Shown: positions 10,164-23,171 of the stretch, in pieces
Layout of the letters: every line of letters begins with the position of its first letter
Position numbering within the stretch: position 1 is the first letter of the stretch
The notes under the pieces: generated by a model
What the model saw: only the letters and a program-made list of their open reading frames with translations
Told to the model about the DNA's origin: nothing
The model's database searches: none
Program-made: the position numbers and the translations under genes
DNA from: Candidatus Binatia bacterium
Lineage (GTDB): Bacteria; Desulfobacterota; Binatia; UBA9968; JAJDTQ01
Assembly (NCBI GenBank): GCA_963666515.2
Contig: OY762897.2
Location: 3,200,001 to 3,264,000, forward strand
Direction: 5' to 3'
Length of the DNA stretch: 64,000 nt

Positions 10164-10922
10164 CTACAGCCGGCTCAACACGTACGGCCCGTCCGCGGTG
10201 ACGGCGATGGAATGCTCGAAATGGGCCGCGAGACTCCGGTCCCGGGTGACCGCGGTCCAGCCGTCTTCCAGTATCCGTATCTCCCTGCCGCCGGCGTTGA
10301 CCATGGGCTCCACCGCCAGCACCATCCCCGCCCGCAGCCGGCCTCCCTTGCCGGCGTCGCCGTAGTTCGGCACCGGCGGCTCCTCGTGCAGCTTCCTGCC
10401 GATGCCGTGCCCCACGAACTCCCGCACCACCGAGTAGCCGGCGCCCTCCGCGATCTCCTGTATGGCGGCGCCCAGGTCGCCCAGGCGGTTGCCCTCGCGC
10501 AGCATCTCGATGCCCTCGGTCAGGGCGGTCTCCGTCACCTGCATGAGACGCTCCGCCTCGGGACTCACCCGGCCCAGCCCCACCGTCACCGCGGAATCGC
10601 CGTAGAAGCCCTCGTACACCACCCCGAAGTCCATGCCGAGGATGTCTCCTTCCTCCAGCACCCGGGCCGACGGTATCCCGTGCACGATCTCCTCGTTGAC
10701 GGAGGTGCACAGGCTGTGCCTGAAGACCCTGCCGGCAACGGCGTAGCCCTTGAACGCCGGCTTGGCGCCTTTCTCGTAGGTCATCCGCTCCGCCAGCTCG
10801 TCCAGATCCAGGGTCGTCATCCCGGGTCTCACGGTCTCCTTCAGCGTTTCCAGCACCTCCGCGACGATGACGCTGGCGCGCCGCATCGTCTCTATCTCGG
10901 CCCGGGACTTGAGATGAATCAT
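10164..10922 (-). CDS. map: Type I methionine aminopeptidase
   Basis: SVNEEIVHGIP, GHGIG, HEEP, AVEPM, AHFEHS. Confidence 0.97.
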   Translation of the reverse strand: MIHLKSRAEIETMRRASVIVAEVLETLKETVRPGMTTLDLDELAERMTYEKGAKPAFKGYAVAGRVFRHSLCTSVNEEIVHGIPSARVLEEGDILGMDFGVVYEGFYGDSAVTVGLGRVSPEAERLMQVTETALTEGIEMLREGNRLGDLGAAIQEIAEGAGYSVVREFVGHGIGRKLHEEPPVPNYGDAGKGGRLRAGMVLAVEPMVNAGGREIRILEDGWTAVTRDRSLAAHFEHSIAVTADGPYVLSRL

Positions 10923-10980
10923 CTGACGATCGCCTCCGTCCGCACCCTCGCTCCGCCGCGCGCCGTCCCTCGCGCGCCCG

Positions 10981-12283
<1,303 letters not shown>

Positions 12284-12291
<8 letters not shown>

Positions 12292-12727
12292 GGGAAAGGA
12301 CTTCTACCCGGCCTCCCGCGGCCTCGATCTTCTCTACGGCGCTGCGGGAAAAGCCGTGGGCCTTCACCGTCAGCGGCTTGGACAGCTCTCCGCGGCCCAG
12401 TATCTTCACCAGGCCCTTGCCCGCCAGCCCCGCCGCCCGCAACGATTCGGGCGAAACCTCCTGGCCCGCGTCGAACCGGTCGAGCCCGTCGAGGTTGACG
12501 GGGGTGAAGCTGGTCCTGAAAGGGTTGTGGAACCCGCGCTTGGGCACGCGCCGCGTGAGCGGCATCTGGCCGCCCTCGAAACCCGGCCTGACGCCGCCGC
12601 CGGAGCGTGAGCCCTGGCCCTTGTGGCCGCGGCCGCAGGTCTTGCCGGTGCCGGAGCCCATGCCCCTGCCCACGCGCTTCTTGGCGTGCCGGGTGCCCTT
12701 CGCCGGGCGTAACTCACGCAGATCCAT
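12284..12727 (-). CDS. rplO: 50S ribosomal protein L15
   Basis: [19 protein letters not shown]. Confidence 0.98.
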
Positions 12728-12766
12728 GAACGGCTCCTTTTCGGTGTCCGGTCGCGACGGGACGCC

Positions 12767-13264
12767 CTATCGAATCTCCGCCAGCGGCTTGCCCCTCAGG
12801 TCCGACACCTCCTCCGGGGACTTGAGGCTCTTGAGGGCCTCGAACGTCGCCTTGACGAGGTTGTGCGGGTTGTTGGAGCCGATGCACTTGCTCAGGACGT
12901 TGGGAATGCCGGCCGCTTCCACCACGGCCCTCACGCCCGCGCCGGCGATGACCCCGGTGCCGGGGGCGGCGGGCTTCAGCAGGACGTGCCCGGCGCCGTA
13001 GCGGCCGGTGACCTCGTAGGGGATGCTGTCGTCCACCAGCGGCACCTTCAGCAGCGTCTTCTTAGCGTGCTCCACGCCCTTGCGGATGGCCTCGGGCACC
13101 TCGTTGGCCTTGCCCAGGCCGTAGCCGACCACGGAGGCCTCGTCGCCCACCACCACCAGCGCGTTGAAACTGAACCGCCGTCCACCCTTGACCACCTTGG
13201 CCACGCGGCTGATGTGGATGACCTTCTCCTTGAGCTCCAGGCCCTGCGAATCGACTCGTTCCAA
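12767..13264 (-). CDS. rpsE: 30S ribosomal protein S5
   Basis: [21 protein letters not shown]; TTG start. Confidence 0.97.
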   Translation of the reverse strand: MERVDSQGLELKEKVIHISRVAKVVKGGRRFSFNALVVVGDEASVVGYGLGKANEVPEAIRKGVEHAKKTLLKVPLVDDSIPYEVTGRYGAGHVLLKPAAPGTGVIAGAGVRAVVEAAGIPNVLSKCIGSNNPHNLVKATFEALKSLKSPEEVSDLRGKPLAEIR

Positions 13265-13277
13265 GACAACCCCCGAA

Positions 13278-13631
13278 TCAGAAGACGAGACCGGCCTCCC
13301 GGGCAGCCTCCGCCAGCGCCTTTACCCGTCCATGAAAAAGAAACCCGTTGCGGTCGAACACGACCTGGGAGATCTGCTGCGCCCCGCACAACTCCGCGAT
13401 TCGCCGGCCCACCTGTTTGGCCGCCTCGACTCCCTTGCTCTCCTCGTCCCCTTTCGACAGCGTGGAGGCGCTCGCCAGCGTCACCCCGCGCTCGTCGGAA
13501 ATGACCTGCGCGTAGATGTGCTTCGAGCTGCGGTACACGCACAGCCGGGGACACGCGTCGCTTCCCGTGATGCGCTTCCGCACGCTTCGCTGCCGCCGCT
13601 TGCGGCTCAGGAGCTTCTTGCTCGTCAACAT
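13278..13631 (-). CDS. rplR: 50S ribosomal protein L18
   Basis: [28 protein letters not shown]; start taken at MLTSKK. Confidence 0.95.
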   Translation of the reverse strand: MLTSKKLLSRKRRQRSVRKRITGSDACPRLCVYRSSKHIYAQVISDERGVTLASASTLSKGDEESKGVEAAKQVGRRIAELCGAQQISQVVFDRNGFLFHGRVKALAEAAREAGLVF

Positions 13632-13653
13632 GTTCTCACCCGATCCCGCCAAC

Positions 13654-14202
13654 TCAACCGGCCGCGCCGCCCATGGCCTTGCCCGCCTTCCGCTGCACCA
13701 GCTCGCCCTGATACCGTATCCCCTTGCCCTTGTAGGGCTCGGGAGGACGGAAACGCCGCACCTCGGCCGCGGCCTGGCCGAGCACCTGCTTGTCGTGGCA
13801 CTCGAGGGTGATCACGGTCTGCCGTTCCACCGAAGCCGACACGCCCGCGGGCAGCGGGAACACCACCGGATGCGAGTATCCCAGCGTCAGGTGCAGCGCC
13901 TGGTCCTTCAACTCCGCGCGGTAGCCGACGCCGTTGATCTCCAGCACCTTCCGGAACCCCTCGCTGACGCCTTCGACCATGTTTGCCAGGAGCTTGCGGG
14001 TAAGCCCGTGCAGCGACTTCAGCGCCTTGGACTCGTCCTTCCGGCGGACCTGGAGCCTGTCGCCGTCCACGTCCACCTCGATACCTTGCGGGATGTGGTG
14101 GGACAGCGTCCCCTTGGGGCCCTGGACCCGCACTTCCGAGCCCTCGAACGCCACCTTGACGCTTCCGGGCACGACGATCGGCAGTTTCCCTACACGCGAC
14201 AC
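13654..14202 (-). CDS. rplF: 50S ribosomal protein L6
   Basis: [26 protein letters not shown]. Confidence 0.98.
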   Translation of the reverse strand: MSRVGKLPIVVPGSVKVAFEGSEVRVQGPKGTLSHHIPQGIEVDVDGDRLQVRRKDESKALKSLHGLTRKLLANMVEGVSEGFRKVLEINGVGYRAELKDQALHLTLGYSHPVVFPLPAGVSASVERQTVITLECHDKQVLGQAAAEVRRFRPPEPYKGKGIRYQGELVQRKAGKAMGGAAG

Positions 14203-14212
14203 GAGACACCCT

Positions 14213-14617
14213 CTAGCTGATCGAACAGAGCAACTCGCCGCCGACCCTGGCCTTGACCGCCTCCCGGTCCACGACGATCCCCTTGGGGGTGGACAGGACG
14301 TGGGTTCCCAGCCCCCGGCGCACCGGATGGATGTCCTTGTAGCCGAGGTACACCCGCCGCCCCGGGCGGCTGACCCGCTTCAGCTCGGTCATCACCGGCC
14401 GGTGGTCCCGGTCGTACTTCAGGTAGATCCGGAGCGTGTCCTGCACCTGGCCGTCGACCTGGATGCGCCGGATCTGCCGCACGTACCCCTCTTCCACCAG
14501 GACCTTCATGATGCTTTCCTTCAGGCGGGACCACGGGACGTCCACGGTTTCGTGCTTCGCCATCCCGCCGTTCCGCATCCGCGTCAGCAAGTCCGCGATT
14601 GGATCGGTCATACTCAT
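14213..14617 (-). CDS. rpsH: 30S ribosomal protein S8
   Basis: MTDPIADLLTRMRN, SRPGRRVY, GGELLC. Confidence 0.98.
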   Translation of the reverse strand: MSMTDPIADLLTRMRNGGMAKHETVDVPWSRLKESIMKVLVEEGYVRQIRRIQVDGQVQDTLRIYLKYDRDHRPVMTELKRVSRPGRRVYLGYKDIHPVRRGLGTHVLSTPKGIVVDREAVKARVGGELLCSIS

Positions 14618-14632
14618 TCGAGACTGCGCCTC

Positions 14633-14818
14633 CTACCAGCTTGCCTTGATGAGCCCGGGGATCTCTCCCCGGCGCGCGTGCAGCCGCAGGCAGATCCTGC
14701 ACATCCGAAACCGCCGGTAGAACGCCCGCGCCCTGCCGCAAAGCGGACAGCGGTTGTACTGGCGCACCTTGAATTTCGGCGTTCTTTCCGCCTTGATGCG
14801 GAGACACTTCTTAGCCAC
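14633..14818 (-). CDS. rpsN: 30S ribosomal protein S14, short Zn-binding type
   Basis: GTG start; MAKK...YNRCPLCGR...MCRICLR...IPGLIKASW, 61 aa. Confidence 0.96.
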   Translation of the reverse strand: MAKKCLRIKAERTPKFKVRQYNRCPLCGRARAFYRRFRMCRICLRLHARRGEIPGLIKASW

Positions 14819-15371
14819 TTGTCGTACCCCCGTCGCTGGCGAACGGCATTCCCAGGTGCTTGAGCAGGGCCCTGCCCTCATCATCGGTGCGCGCGGTGGT
14901 GACGATGGAAACCGTCAGCCCGTGAAGCCGTTCCACCGACTCCGCCCTCACCTCGGGAAAGATGATCTGCTCGCGGATCCCCAGCGAATAGTTGCCGCAG
15001 CCGTCGAAAGACCGGTCCGAGATGCCCTTGAAGTCCCTCACCTGGGGAAGGGCCACCTGTATCAGGCGATCGAGGAACTCGTACATCCGCGCGCGCCGCA
15101 GCGTCACCATGCACCCGATGGGATTGCCGCGGCGGAGCTTGAAGTTCGAGATGTCCTTGCGCGCCCGGGTGACCACCGGCCGCTGGCCGCTGACGGCGCC
15201 CAGCTCGGCCACCGCGGCGTCCAGCAGCTTGGCGTTCTGCACCGCCTCGCCGATGCAGACGTTGATGGAGACGTTCCTCAACCGCGGCACCTGGAGCTTG
15301 TTGCGATAGGCGAACTGCTCCATCATCGCGGGCACGATCGCCTCATGGTATCTCTGTTCCAGCCTGACCAT
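14811..15371 (-). CDS. rplE: 50S ribosomal protein L5
   Basis: [28 protein letters not shown]. Confidence 0.97.
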   Translation of the reverse strand: MVRLEQRYHEAIVPAMMEQFAYRNKLQVPRLRNVSINVCIGEAVQNAKLLDAAVAELGAVSGQRPVVTRARKDISNFKLRRGNPIGCMVTLRRARMYEFLDRLIQVALPQVRDFKGISDRSFDGCGNYSLGIREQIIFPEVRAESVERLHGLTVSIVTTARTDDEGRALLKHLGMPFASDGGTTSG

Positions 15372-15397
15372 CGTTACACTTCACTCCTGCCGGGACG

Positions 15398-15709
15398 CTA
15401 TCCTATCCCCTGGCCGCAACGCCGGCAGACGCGCACCTTCTGCCCGTCTTCGAGGGTCTTGTGTCCGATCCGGACCGGGGCGTTGCACGGATCGCACATG
15501 ATCATCACGTTGGAGACGTGGATCGAAGCCTCCTTCTCCACGATGCCGCCGGGCTGCTGCGCGCTGCGGGGCTTGGTGTGGCGCTTGACGAGGTTCACCC
15601 GCTCGATGAGCACCCGGCTCTTCTTCGGCAGCACCTTGATGACCTTGCCGGTCTTCCCGCGTTCCTTGCCGGCCACCACCATCACGTTGTCATCTTTGCG
15701 GACGAACAC
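15398..15709 (-). CDS. rplX: 50S ribosomal protein L24
   Basis: GTG start overlapping the rplN stop; VMVVAGKERGKTG, KEASIHVSNV. Confidence 0.95.
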   Translation of the reverse strand: MFVRKDDNVMVVAGKERGKTGKVIKVLPKKSRVLIERVNLVKRHTKPRSAQQPGGIVEKEASIHVSNVMIMCDPCNAPVRIGHKTLEDGQKVRVCRRCGQGIG

Positions 15710-16077
15710 TACAGCACCTCCGGCGCCAGCGAGACGATCTTCATGAACCGCTTCGCCCTCAGCTCTCTCGCCACCGGACCGAAGATGCGCGTGCCCACGG
15801 GCTCCTTCTGGTTGTCGATCAGGACCGCCGAGTTGTTGTCGAAGCGGATGTACGAGCCGTCCACCCGGCTCAACTCCTTGGCGGTGCGCACCACCACGGC
15901 CCGGACCACGTTGCCCTTGGGCACCTTGGAATTGGGCATGGCCTCCTTGACCGACACGACGATGACGTCGCCGATGCTGGCGTACTTGCGCCGGGTCCCC
16001 CCGAGCACCTTGATGCACTGGACCCGCCTGGCGCCCGAGTTGTCCGCCACGTCCAGTACCGTCCCCACCTGAATCAT
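15709..16077 (-). CDS. rplN: 50S ribosomal protein L14
   Basis: [26 protein letters not shown]. Confidence 0.98.
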   Translation of the reverse strand: MIQVGTVLDVADNSGARRVQCIKVLGGTRRKYASIGDVIVVSVKEAMPNSKVPKGNVVRAVVVRTAKELSRVDGSYIRFDNNSAVLIDNQKEPVGTRIFGPVARELRAKRFMKIVSLAPEVL

Positions 16078-16081
16078 CGGA

Positions 16082-16390
16082 CTAGACCCCTGTGCCTTCC
16101 GGCGCCGCCGGAGCCTGCGAAGCCGCCGCCTCGCCGCCCGGACGGTTCAGTATCCGGCTCACGCGCCACCGTTTCTGACGGCTCAGCGGCCGGCACTCGA
16201 CGATGACCACACGGTCTCCCACCCGGCACTGGTTGCGCTCGTCGTGAGCCTTCACCTTGGTCCGGCGCCGGATGTATTTCTTGTAACGCGCGTGAAGGAT
16301 GATCCGCTCCAGCTCGACGATGACGGTCTTGGCCATCCGATTGGTCCTGACCACGCCTTCACGTTGCTTCGTGACCCCGCGCTCACTCAT
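16082..16390 (-). CDS. rpsQ: 30S ribosomal protein S17
   Basis: [21 protein letters not shown]. Confidence 0.96.
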   Translation of the reverse strand: MSERGVTKQREGVVRTNRMAKTVIVELERIILHARYKKYIRRRTKVKAHDERNQCRVGDRVVIVECRPLSRQKRWRVSRILNRPGGEAAASQAPAAPEGTGV

Positions 16391-16604
16391 GGTCGCCTTC
16401 TCGTTTTCCTGCCGCGGCGCGGCGCTGCTCGCCCAGGACCGTCTCCACCCGCGCCAGGTCGCGCCGCGACTGACGCAGTTTCATGGGGCTCTCGAGCTGC
16501 CCGGTGGCGCGGCGCAGGGTCAGATGAAAGAGCTGCTCCTTGAACTCCGTGCGCTTCTGCCGCAGCTCGTCCGCGCTCAGGTCTCGCAGTTCCTTTGCAC
16601 GCAT
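16383..16604 (-). CDS. rpmC: 50S ribosomal protein L29
   Basis: MRAKELRDLS, ATGQLE, RRDLARVET. Confidence 0.96.
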   Translation of the reverse strand: MRAKELRDLSADELRQKRTEFKEQLFHLTLRRATGQLESPMKLRQSRRDLARVETVLGEQRRAAAGKREGDHE

Positions 16605-16617
16605 CGAAAACCCCCGC

Positions 16618-17022
16618 CTACCGCTCCACGAACACGGTGGCCAGACCCAGCTTGCGCGAGGCGAGGCGGAACGCCTCCCTGGCCGCGTCCCGCTGAACCC
16701 CTTCCATCTCGAACAGGAGCTTGCCCGGCTTGATCACCGCCACCCAGGCATGGAGAGGACCCTTGCCCTTGCCCATGCGGACCTCGGCCGGCTTCTTGGT
16801 GATGGGCTTGTCCGGGAAGACCCGTATCCAGACCTTGCCGTGCCGCTTCAGGTAGCGGGTCAGCGCGATCCGGGCGGCCTCGATCTGACGCGCCGTCAAG
16901 TAACCCCGGTCCACCGACTTCAGCCCGTAGTCGCCGAAGGAGAGGCTGGAGCCCCGTCCGGCGAACCCGCCCCGGCGGCCCTTCTGAATCTTGCGGTACT
17001 TGACTTTTCTCGGTTCAAGCAT
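16618..17022 (-). CDS. rplP: 50S ribosomal protein L16
   Basis: [23 protein letters not shown]. Confidence 0.98.
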   Translation of the reverse strand: MLEPRKVKYRKIQKGRRGGFAGRGSSLSFGDYGLKSVDRGYLTARQIEAARIALTRYLKRHGKVWIRVFPDKPITKKPAEVRMGKGKGPLHAWVAVIKPGKLLFEMEGVQRDAAREAFRLASRKLGLATVFVER

Positions 17023-17050
17023 GATTGCACCCGGCTAAGGCATCGCCTCC

Positions 17051-17713
17051 CTACAGTCCCAGGGACGCCTTCTGCTGCTCTTCCTGCTTCGTCAGGATCT
17101 CGCCCCGGAAGATCCACGCCTTGACGCCGATGACGCCGTAGGTGGTCTTGGCTTCCGCCAGACCGTAGCTCACGTCGGCGCGCAGGGTATGCAGCGGCAC
17201 CCGTCCTTCCCGGTACCACTCCGTGCGCGCGATCTCCTGGCCGCCGAGCCGGCCGCCGCACTGGATGCGGATCCCCTGGGCGCCCATGCGCAACGCGCGG
17301 GAAACGCTCTCCTTCATGGCCCGGCGGAAGGCCACGCGGCGCTCCAGTTGAAGGGCCACGTTCTCCGCCACCAGTTGCGCGTCCAGGTCGGGCCTTCTCA
17401 CCTCGTGGATGTTGATGAAGACCTCCCGCGACGACAGCTTCCCCAGCTCTTCCTTGAGCTTCTCGATCTCCGCGCCCTTCTTGCCGATGACGATGCCCGG
17501 ACGAGCCGTGTGGATGTTGATCTTGGCCTTGCCGGTGGCCCGCTCGATCTCGATCTTCGATATGCCGGCGTGGTGGAGCCGTCCCTTGAGGAAGCCCTTG
17601 ATCCTGAGGTCCTCGTGCAGCAGCTCGGGGTAGTCGTTTCCCGCGTACCACTTCGAGTCCCACGACTCGATGACGCGCATGCGGAAGACCTTGGGGTGCG
17701 TTTTCTGTCCCAT
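17051..17713 (-). CDS. rpsC: 30S ribosomal protein S3
   Basis: [28 protein letters not shown]. Confidence 0.98.
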   Translation of the reverse strand: MGQKTHPKVFRMRVIESWDSKWYAGNDYPELLHEDLRIKGFLKGRLHHAGISKIEIERATGKAKINIHTARPGIVIGKKGAEIEKLKEELGKLSSREVFINIHEVRRPDLDAQLVAENVALQLERRVAFRRAMKESVSRALRMGAQGIRIQCGGRLGGQEIARTEWYREGRVPLHTLRADVSYGLAEAKTTYGVIGVKAWIFRGEILTKQEEQQKASLGL

Positions 17714-17715
17714 CC

Positions 17716-18051
17716 TCAGACCCTTTCGTCAACCACCACGGTCAGGTGGCTCAGGCGCTTGCGGATGCGGTTGGCGCGGCCCATTCCGCGCGGCATGAAC
17801 CGCTTCCACATCCCGGCCTGACCGACCTCCGCCGACTTGACGTACAGGAGGTCCACGTCCACGCTCTGGGTGTTCTCGGCGTTGGCCACCGCCGACCGGA
17901 CGGTCTTGGCGACGATGCCGGCGCAACCCTTGGGCACGAACTTGAGAATCGTCAGCGCGTCCTCCACCGACCGGCCTCGGACCTGGTCCACCACCAGCCT
18001 CATCTTGCGAGGCGAGACCCGGGCGAACTTCGTGACCGCGCGCGACTCCAT
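17716..18051 (-). CDS. rplV: 50S ribosomal protein L22
   Basis: [24 protein letters not shown]. Confidence 0.97.
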   Translation of the reverse strand: MESRAVTKFARVSPRKMRLVVDQVRGRSVEDALTILKFVPKGCAGIVAKTVRSAVANAENTQSVDVDLLYVKSAEVGQAGMWKRFMPRGMGRANRIRKRLSHLTVVVDERV

Positions 18052-18054
18052 GGC

Positions 18055-18345
18055 CTATCTCCTCACGCCCCTGGCGTCGCCCCGGCGGTCTCCGGCATGG
18101 CCGTGAAACGTGCGCGTGGGCGAGAACTCGCCCAGCTTGTGGCCCACCATGTTCTCGGTCACGAACACCGGCAGGAACTTCCGCCCGTTGTGCACCGCGA
18201 TGGTGTGGCCGATCATGTCCGGGGTGATGGTCGAGCGCCGGGACCAGGTCTTGACCACCCTCCTGGCCTGGGACCGGTTCATTTCCTCGATCTTGCGCAT
18301 CAGGTGGTCGTCCACGAAAGGACCCTTCTTGATCGAGCGAGCCAT
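18055..18345 (-). CDS. rpsS: 30S ribosomal protein S19
   Basis: [30 protein letters not shown]. Confidence 0.98.
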   Translation of the reverse strand: MARSIKKGPFVDDHLMRKIEEMNRSQARRVVKTWSRRSTITPDMIGHTIAVHNGRKFLPVFVTENMVGHKLGEFSPTRTFHGHAGDRRGDARGVRR

Positions 18346-18347
18346 GC

Positions 18348-19175
18348 CTACTGTCCCTTTCTGCGCTTCACGATGTACTTGTCGGAAGGCTTGACGCCGC
18401 GGGTGCGGTAACCCTTGGTGGGCTTGCCCCAGGGGGTCTGCGGGTGGTTGCCCTTGGACTGGCCCTCGCCGCCGCCGTGCGGATGGTCCACCGGGTTCTT
18501 GGCGATGCCCCGGGTCACCGGCCGGCGGCCCATCCAGCGGGACCGGCCCGCCTTGCCGTAGGTGACGTTCTCGTAGTCGGCGTTGCCCACTTCCCCGATG
18601 GTGGCGCGGCACTCGGAGCGCACGTTGCGCAGTTCCCCGGACGGCAGCTTGAGCAGAGTGTAGTGGCCCTCCTTGGCCATCACCTGCGCCGAGGCGCCGG
18701 CGCTGCGGACGATCTGCCCTCCCTTGCCGGCCTTCAACTCCACGTTGTGCACCAGCGTGCCGGTGGGGATGTGCCTCAGGGGCAGGGAATTGCCCGGCTG
18801 GATGTCGATGTCCTGGTCGCCGGACAGGATCCGGCTCCCCACCCTGAGCTTGTCCGGGGCCAGGATGTAGCGCCGCTCGCCGTCGAGGTAGCAGATGAGC
18901 GCCACCCGGGCCGAGCGGTTGGGGTCGTACTCGATGGCCTCGACCCGGCCGGCGACCCCCTTCTTGTCCCGCTTGAAGTCGATGAACCGGTAAAGCCGCT
19001 TGTGTCCGCCGCCGCGGTGGTCCTTGGTGATCCTGCCGGTGTTGTTGCGCCCGCCGTGTCCTTTGAGCGGCCGCAACAGCGCCTTGTGCGGCGCGTCGCG
19101 GGTGACTTCCTCGAACCCGAAGCCCGTGGAAAAACGGCGCCCGGGGGAAGTCGGGCGGCGGTTCTTGATCGACAT
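18348..19175 (-). CDS. rplB: 50S ribosomal protein L2
   Basis: [27 protein letters not shown]. Confidence 0.98.
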   Translation of the reverse strand: MSIKNRRPTSPGRRFSTGFGFEEVTRDAPHKALLRPLKGHGGRNNTGRITKDHRGGGHKRLYRFIDFKRDKKGVAGRVEAIEYDPNRSARVALICYLDGERRYILAPDKLRVGSRILSGDQDIDIQPGNSLPLRHIPTGTLVHNVELKAGKGGQIVRSAGASAQVMAKEGHYTLLKLPSGELRNVRSECRATIGEVGNADYENVTYGKAGRSRWMGRRPVTRGIAKNPVDHPHGGGEGQSKGNHPQTPWGKPTKGYRTRGVKPSDKYIVKRRKGQ

Positions 19176-19197
19176 GGACTACAACCCTCTTCCTTGC

Positions 19198-19488
19198 TCA
19201 ACCGACGCCGAAGAAGTCGATGCGGTCACCTTCCTTCAGCGTGACCACCGCCTTCTTCCACAGCGGCAACCGTCCGGTGTTTCGGCCCACCCGGCGCATC
19301 TTGCCGAGATAGCGCGCGGTGCGGACGTTCAGCACGGTGACCTTGAACAGCGCCTCCACCTGTTGGCGGATCTCGATCTTGTTGGCGTCCGTACGCACCT
19401 TGAAGACCACCTGGTTCGACGACTCGGCCAGCAGCGAAGCCTTCTCGGAGATCAGCGGACCGAGGACGGTATCGCGAACGCCCCTCAT
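19198..19488 (-). CDS. rplW: 50S ribosomal protein L23
   Basis: PLISEK, ANKIEI, WKKAVVTL; ATG overlaps the rplD stop. Confidence 0.96.
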   Translation of the reverse strand: MRGVRDTVLGPLISEKASLLAESSNQVVFKVRTDANKIEIRQQVEALFKVTVLNVRTARYLGKMRRVGRNTGRLPLWKKAVVTLKEGDRIDFFGVG

Positions 19489-20081
19489 TGCGAGAACCTC
19501 TCCTCGATCTTCTCCAACGCCTCGCGGGTCAGCACCAGGTGCTCGAAACGGAGCACGTCGTAGACGTTCAGCCCGGCCACCCGCAGCACCTTCACGCCGG
19601 GCAGGTTGCGGGCGGACAGCTCGATCTTCTCGTCGCGGTCGCCGATGACCAGCAGCGACTTTCCGACGCCCAGCGCGGCCAACGCCTCGGCCATGAGGCG
19701 GGTCTTGATCTCCGAGACGTCCTCGGGCTCCACCACCACCAGCTTGTCTTCCTGGCGCTTCAGGCTGAGGGCGGACAGCACCGCCTGCCGGCGCGCCTTC
19801 TTGGGGATCCGGTACGAATAGTCGCGGGGCGCGGGCCCGAAGACGGTGCCGCCCCCGACCCAGATGGGCGAGCGCACGCTGCCGGCGCGCGCCCGGCCCG
19901 AGCCCTTCTGGCGCCACGGCTTGCGGCCGCTGCCGCGGACCTCGCCGCGGGTCTTGGTGGACGCGGTGCCGGCGCGGCGGTTGCTCAACTGCATGACCAC
20001 CGCCTGGTGCAACAGGTGCGGGCGGACGGCCACGCCGAAAATGCTGTCCGGAAGCGCCGGCTCGATCCTGCGAAGTTCCAT
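19485..20081 (-). CDS. rplD: 50S ribosomal protein L4
   Basis: [33 protein letters not shown]; start MELRR. Confidence 0.96.
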   Translation of the reverse strand: MELRRIEPALPDSIFGVAVRPHLLHQAVVMQLSNRRAGTASTKTRGEVRGSGRKPWRQKGSGRARAGSVRSPIWVGGGTVFGPAPRDYSYRIPKKARRQAVLSALSLKRQEDKLVVVEPEDVSEIKTRLMAEALAALGVGKSLLVIGDRDEKIELSARNLPGVKVLRVAGLNVYDVLRFEHLVLTREALEKIEERFSQ

Positions 20082-20083
20082 TC

Positions 20084-20716
20084 CTACCCCTTGACGGCTC
20101 GCCGCACGAGCACCACCCCGCCGTTGGCCCCCGGAACCGCGCCCTTCACCAGCAGGAGGTTTTCGTCGGCGCGGACCGCGACCACCCGGAGGTTCTGGAT
20201 CGACACCCGCTCGTTGCCCAGGTGACCGGCCATTCGCTTGCCCTTGAAGACCTTGCCGGGATAGGAGCGGTTGCCGATGGAGCCGCCGTGGCGGAAGTAC
20301 TCGTGGGTGCCGTGGGTGCGGGAGAAGCCGCGGAAGTCCCAGCGCTTCATGACGCCGGCGAAGCCCCGGCCCTTGGAGGTCCCGGTGACGTCCACCAGGT
20401 CCCCGGGCTTGACGAAGTCCGTCACCGTCAGCTCCTGGCCCACTTCGTAGCCGGAGACGTCGTCCACCCGGAACTCGCGGAGCACCCGGAAGGACCCCTT
20501 CTCGGCCTTGGCCATGTGGCCCCGCAAAGGACGGTTCACCCGCTGGTTCTTCTGCCTGCCGAAACCGAGCTGCAGCGCGTTGTAGCCGTCCTTCTCGACG
20601 TCCTTCTTCTGCACCACCACGCACGGGCCCGCCTCCACCACGGTCACGGGAATCACGTTGCCGGTGTCGTCGAAGAGCTGGCTCATGCCGATTTTCTTGC
20701 CGATGAGACCCGTCAT
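20084..20716 (-). CDS. rplC: 50S ribosomal protein L3
   Basis: [31 protein letters not shown]. Confidence 0.98.
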   Translation of the reverse strand: MTGLIGKKIGMSQLFDDTGNVIPVTVVEAGPCVVVQKKDVEKDGYNALQLGFGRQKNQRVNRPLRGHMAKAEKGSFRVLREFRVDDVSGYEVGQELTVTDFVKPGDLVDVTGTSKGRGFAGVMKRWDFRGFSRTHGTHEYFRHGGSIGNRSYPGKVFKGKRMAGHLGNERVSIQNLRVVAVRADENLLLVKGAVPGANGGVVLVRRAVKG

Positions 20717-20725
20717 CTCCCTGCC

Positions 20726-21034
20726 CTATTGAAGCTTGATCTCCACGTCCACGCCGGCGGCCAGATCCAGCTTGCCCAGCGCGTCGATGGTCTGCTGGGT
20801 CGGCTCCAGGATGTCCAGCAGCCGCTTGTGGGTGCGTACCTCGAACTGCTCCCGCGACTTCTTGTCGACGTGCGGGGACCGGTTGACGGTGAACCGCTCG
20901 ATGCGCGTCGGCAGCGGGATGGGGCCGGCCACCCGCCCGCCGGTCCTCTTGACGGTCTCGACGATCTCTCCCACCGACTGGTCCAGGACCCGGTAGTCGT
21001 AGGCCTTGAGCCGAATGCGGATTTTCTCGTTCAC
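20726..21034 (-). CDS. rpsJ: 30S ribosomal protein S10
   Basis: [29 protein letters not shown]; GTG overlaps the fusA stop. Confidence 0.98.
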   Translation of the reverse strand: MNEKIRIRLKAYDYRVLDQSVGEIVETVKRTGGRVAGPIPLPTRIERFTVNRSPHVDKKSREQFEVRTHKRLLDILEPTQQTIDALGKLDLAAGVDVEIKLQ

Positions 21035-23112
21035 AGCGACGCCTCCCGGCCCATCATGTCTTCCTTCACCGTTTCCGGCACTTCCTCGTAGCGCGAGAAC
21101 TGCATCGTGTAGGTCGCCCGGCCCTGGGTCCTCGATCTCAGGTCCGTGGCATAGCCGAACATCTGCGACAGGGGGACGCGGGACTCCACCACCTGCGCGC
21201 TGCCCTTGGCGGTCATCCCCAGGACCTTGCCCCGGCGCGAGCTGATGTCGCCGATCACGTCGCCCATGAACACCTCCGGCACCACCACCTCGACGTCCAT
21301 CACCGGCTCCAGCAGCACCGGCGACGCCTTCCGCAACGCCTCCTTGAAAGCCATGGAGCCGGCGATGGTGAACGCCATCTCCGACGAATCCACGTCGTGG
21401 TAGCTGCCGTCGAGGAGCGTTACCCGCACGTCCACCACCGGGTATCCCACCAGGCCGCCGTTGGTCATGGCCTGGGCCACGCCGTTCTCCACCGCGGGGA
21501 CGTACTCCTGCGGTATCGCGCCCCCCTTGATGGCGCTGACGAACTCGAACCCGCTGCCCGTGGGCTGGGGCTCCAGGCGCAGGTAGACGTGGCCGAACTG
21601 CCCGCGGCCGCCCGACTGCCTGACGAACCGGCCTTCCTGCTCCACCGTCCGGCGTATGGTCTCCTTGTACGCGACCTGCGGCTTGCCGACGTTGGCGTCC
21701 ACCTTGAACTCCCGCAGCAGCCTGTCGACGATCACCTCCAGGTGAAGCTCTCCCATGCCCGATATCAACGTCTGGCCGGTCTCCTGGTCCACGGTGACCC
21801 GGAAGGAGGGATCCTCCTTGGCCAGCTTCTGGAGGGACGACGCCAGCTTTTCCTGGTCGTCGCGGGACTTGGGCTCGATGGCGATGGCGATGACGGGTTC
21901 GGGGAAGTCGATGGATTCGAGGAGGATGGGGTGGTCCTGGTCACAGAGGGTGTCGCCGGTCTTGGCGCTGCGCAGGCCCACGGCCGCGGCGATGTCTCCG
22001 GCGCAGACCTCGTCGATCTCCTCGCGCTTGTTGGCGTGCATCTTGAGGATGCGCCCCAGACGCTCCCGCTGACCGGTGGAGGCATTGTAGACGAACGCGC
22101 CGGACTTGCGCGTGCCGGAATAGACCCGGAAGAAGGTCAGCGATCCCACGAAGGGATCGGCCATGATCTTGAACGCCAGGGCGGAGAACGGCGCTTCGTC
22201 CGAGGTCGGGCGCACCGCCTCTTCGCCGCGGTCCGGATCCGTGCCGCGGATCGGCGGCACGTCCAGCGGCGAAGGGAGATAGTCGATGACCGCGTCCAGC
22301 AACGGCTGCACGCCCTTGTTGCGGAACGCGGCGCCGCACAGCACGGGGACGAGCTTCAGGTCCAGTCCCGCGGCCCGAATCGCCCGCACCAGCCGGTCGC
22401 CGGAGATTTCCTCGCCCTGGAGGTACGCGGTCATGATCGAGTCGTCGCAGTCCGCCAGCGTCTCCAGCAGGATCTCGTGGTATTCGTCGGCCTGGGGTTG
22501 CATCCCGGCCGGTATCGGCGCCTCCCGGAAGCTGGCGCCGAGGTTCTCGTTGTCCCACAACACCGCCTTCATCCGCACGAGGTCCACGACGCCCTGGAAG
22601 CCGTCTTCGCACCCCACCGGGAGCTGGATCACCAGGGGGCGGGCCCCCAGCCGCTCCTCGATCATCTTCACCACGCGGAAGAAGTCGGCGCCGACCCGGT
22701 CCATCTTGTTGACGTAGGCGATCCGGGGCACGCCGTACTTGTCGGCCTGCCGCCAGACGGTCTCGGTCTGCGGCTCCACGCCCCCCACCGAGCAGAACAC
22801 CCCGATGGCGCCGTCCAGCACCCGCAGCGACCGTTCCACCTCGATGGTGAAGTCCACGTGGCCCGGGGTGTCGATGATGTTGATCCGGTGGTCGCGCCAG
22901 TGGCACGTGGTCGCCGCCGAGGTGATGGTGATCCCCCGCTCCTGCTCCTGGACCATCCAGTCCATGGTCGCGGTGCCGTCGTGCACCTCGCCCAGCTTGT
23001 AGTTGATGCCGGTATAGAACAGCACGCGCTCGGTCGTGGTGGTCTTGCCGGCATCGATGTGGGCCATGATGCCGATGTTGCGGGTGCGGTCCAGTGGTAC
23101 CTGTCTGCTCAT
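21031..23112 (-). CDS. fusA: Elongation factor G
   Basis: [39 protein letters not shown]. Confidence 0.98.
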   Translation of the reverse strand: MSRQVPLDRTRNIGIMAHIDAGKTTTTERVLFYTGINYKLGEVHDGTATMDWMVQEQERGITITSAATTCHWRDHRINIIDTPGHVDFTIEVERSLRVLDGAIGVFCSVGGVEPQTETVWRQADKYGVPRIAYVNKMDRVGADFFRVVKMIEERLGARPLVIQLPVGCEDGFQGVVDLVRMKAVLWDNENLGASFREAPIPAGMQPQADEYHEILLETLADCDDSIMTAYLQGEEISGDRLVRAIRAAGLDLKLVPVLCGAAFRNKGVQPLLDAVIDYLPSPLDVPPIRGTDPDRGEEAVRPTSDEAPFSALAFKIMADPFVGSLTFFRVYSGTRKSGAFVYNASTGQRERLGRILKMHANKREEIDEVCAGDIAAAVGLRSAKTGDTLCDQDHPILLESIDFPEPVIAIAIEPKSRDDQEKLASSLQKLAKEDPSFRVTVDQETGQTLISGMGELHLEVIVDRLLREFKVDANVGKPQVAYKETIRRTVEQEGRFVRQSGGRGQFGHVYLRLEPQPTGSGFEFVSAIKGGAIPQEYVPAVENGVAQAMTNGGLVGYPVVDVRVTLLDGSYHDVDSSEMAFTIAGSMAFKEALRKASPVLLEPVMDVEVVVPEVFMGDVIGDISSRRGKVLGMTAKGSAQVVESRVPLSQMFGYATDLRSRTQGRATYTMQFSRYEEVPETVKEDMMGREASL

Positions 23113-23141
23113 TGCTCTTGATCGTGTGTCCGTACGACGGC

Positions 23142-23171
23142 AAAAAAAGGAGGCGGTTCTACCGCCTCCTT
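23142..23171 (-). terminator. Intrinsic terminator-like hairpin between rpsG and fusA
   Basis: Minus strand AAGGAGGCGGT-AGA-ACCGCCTCC-TTTTTTT: perfect GC stem followed by a 7-T run. Confidence 0.75.
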
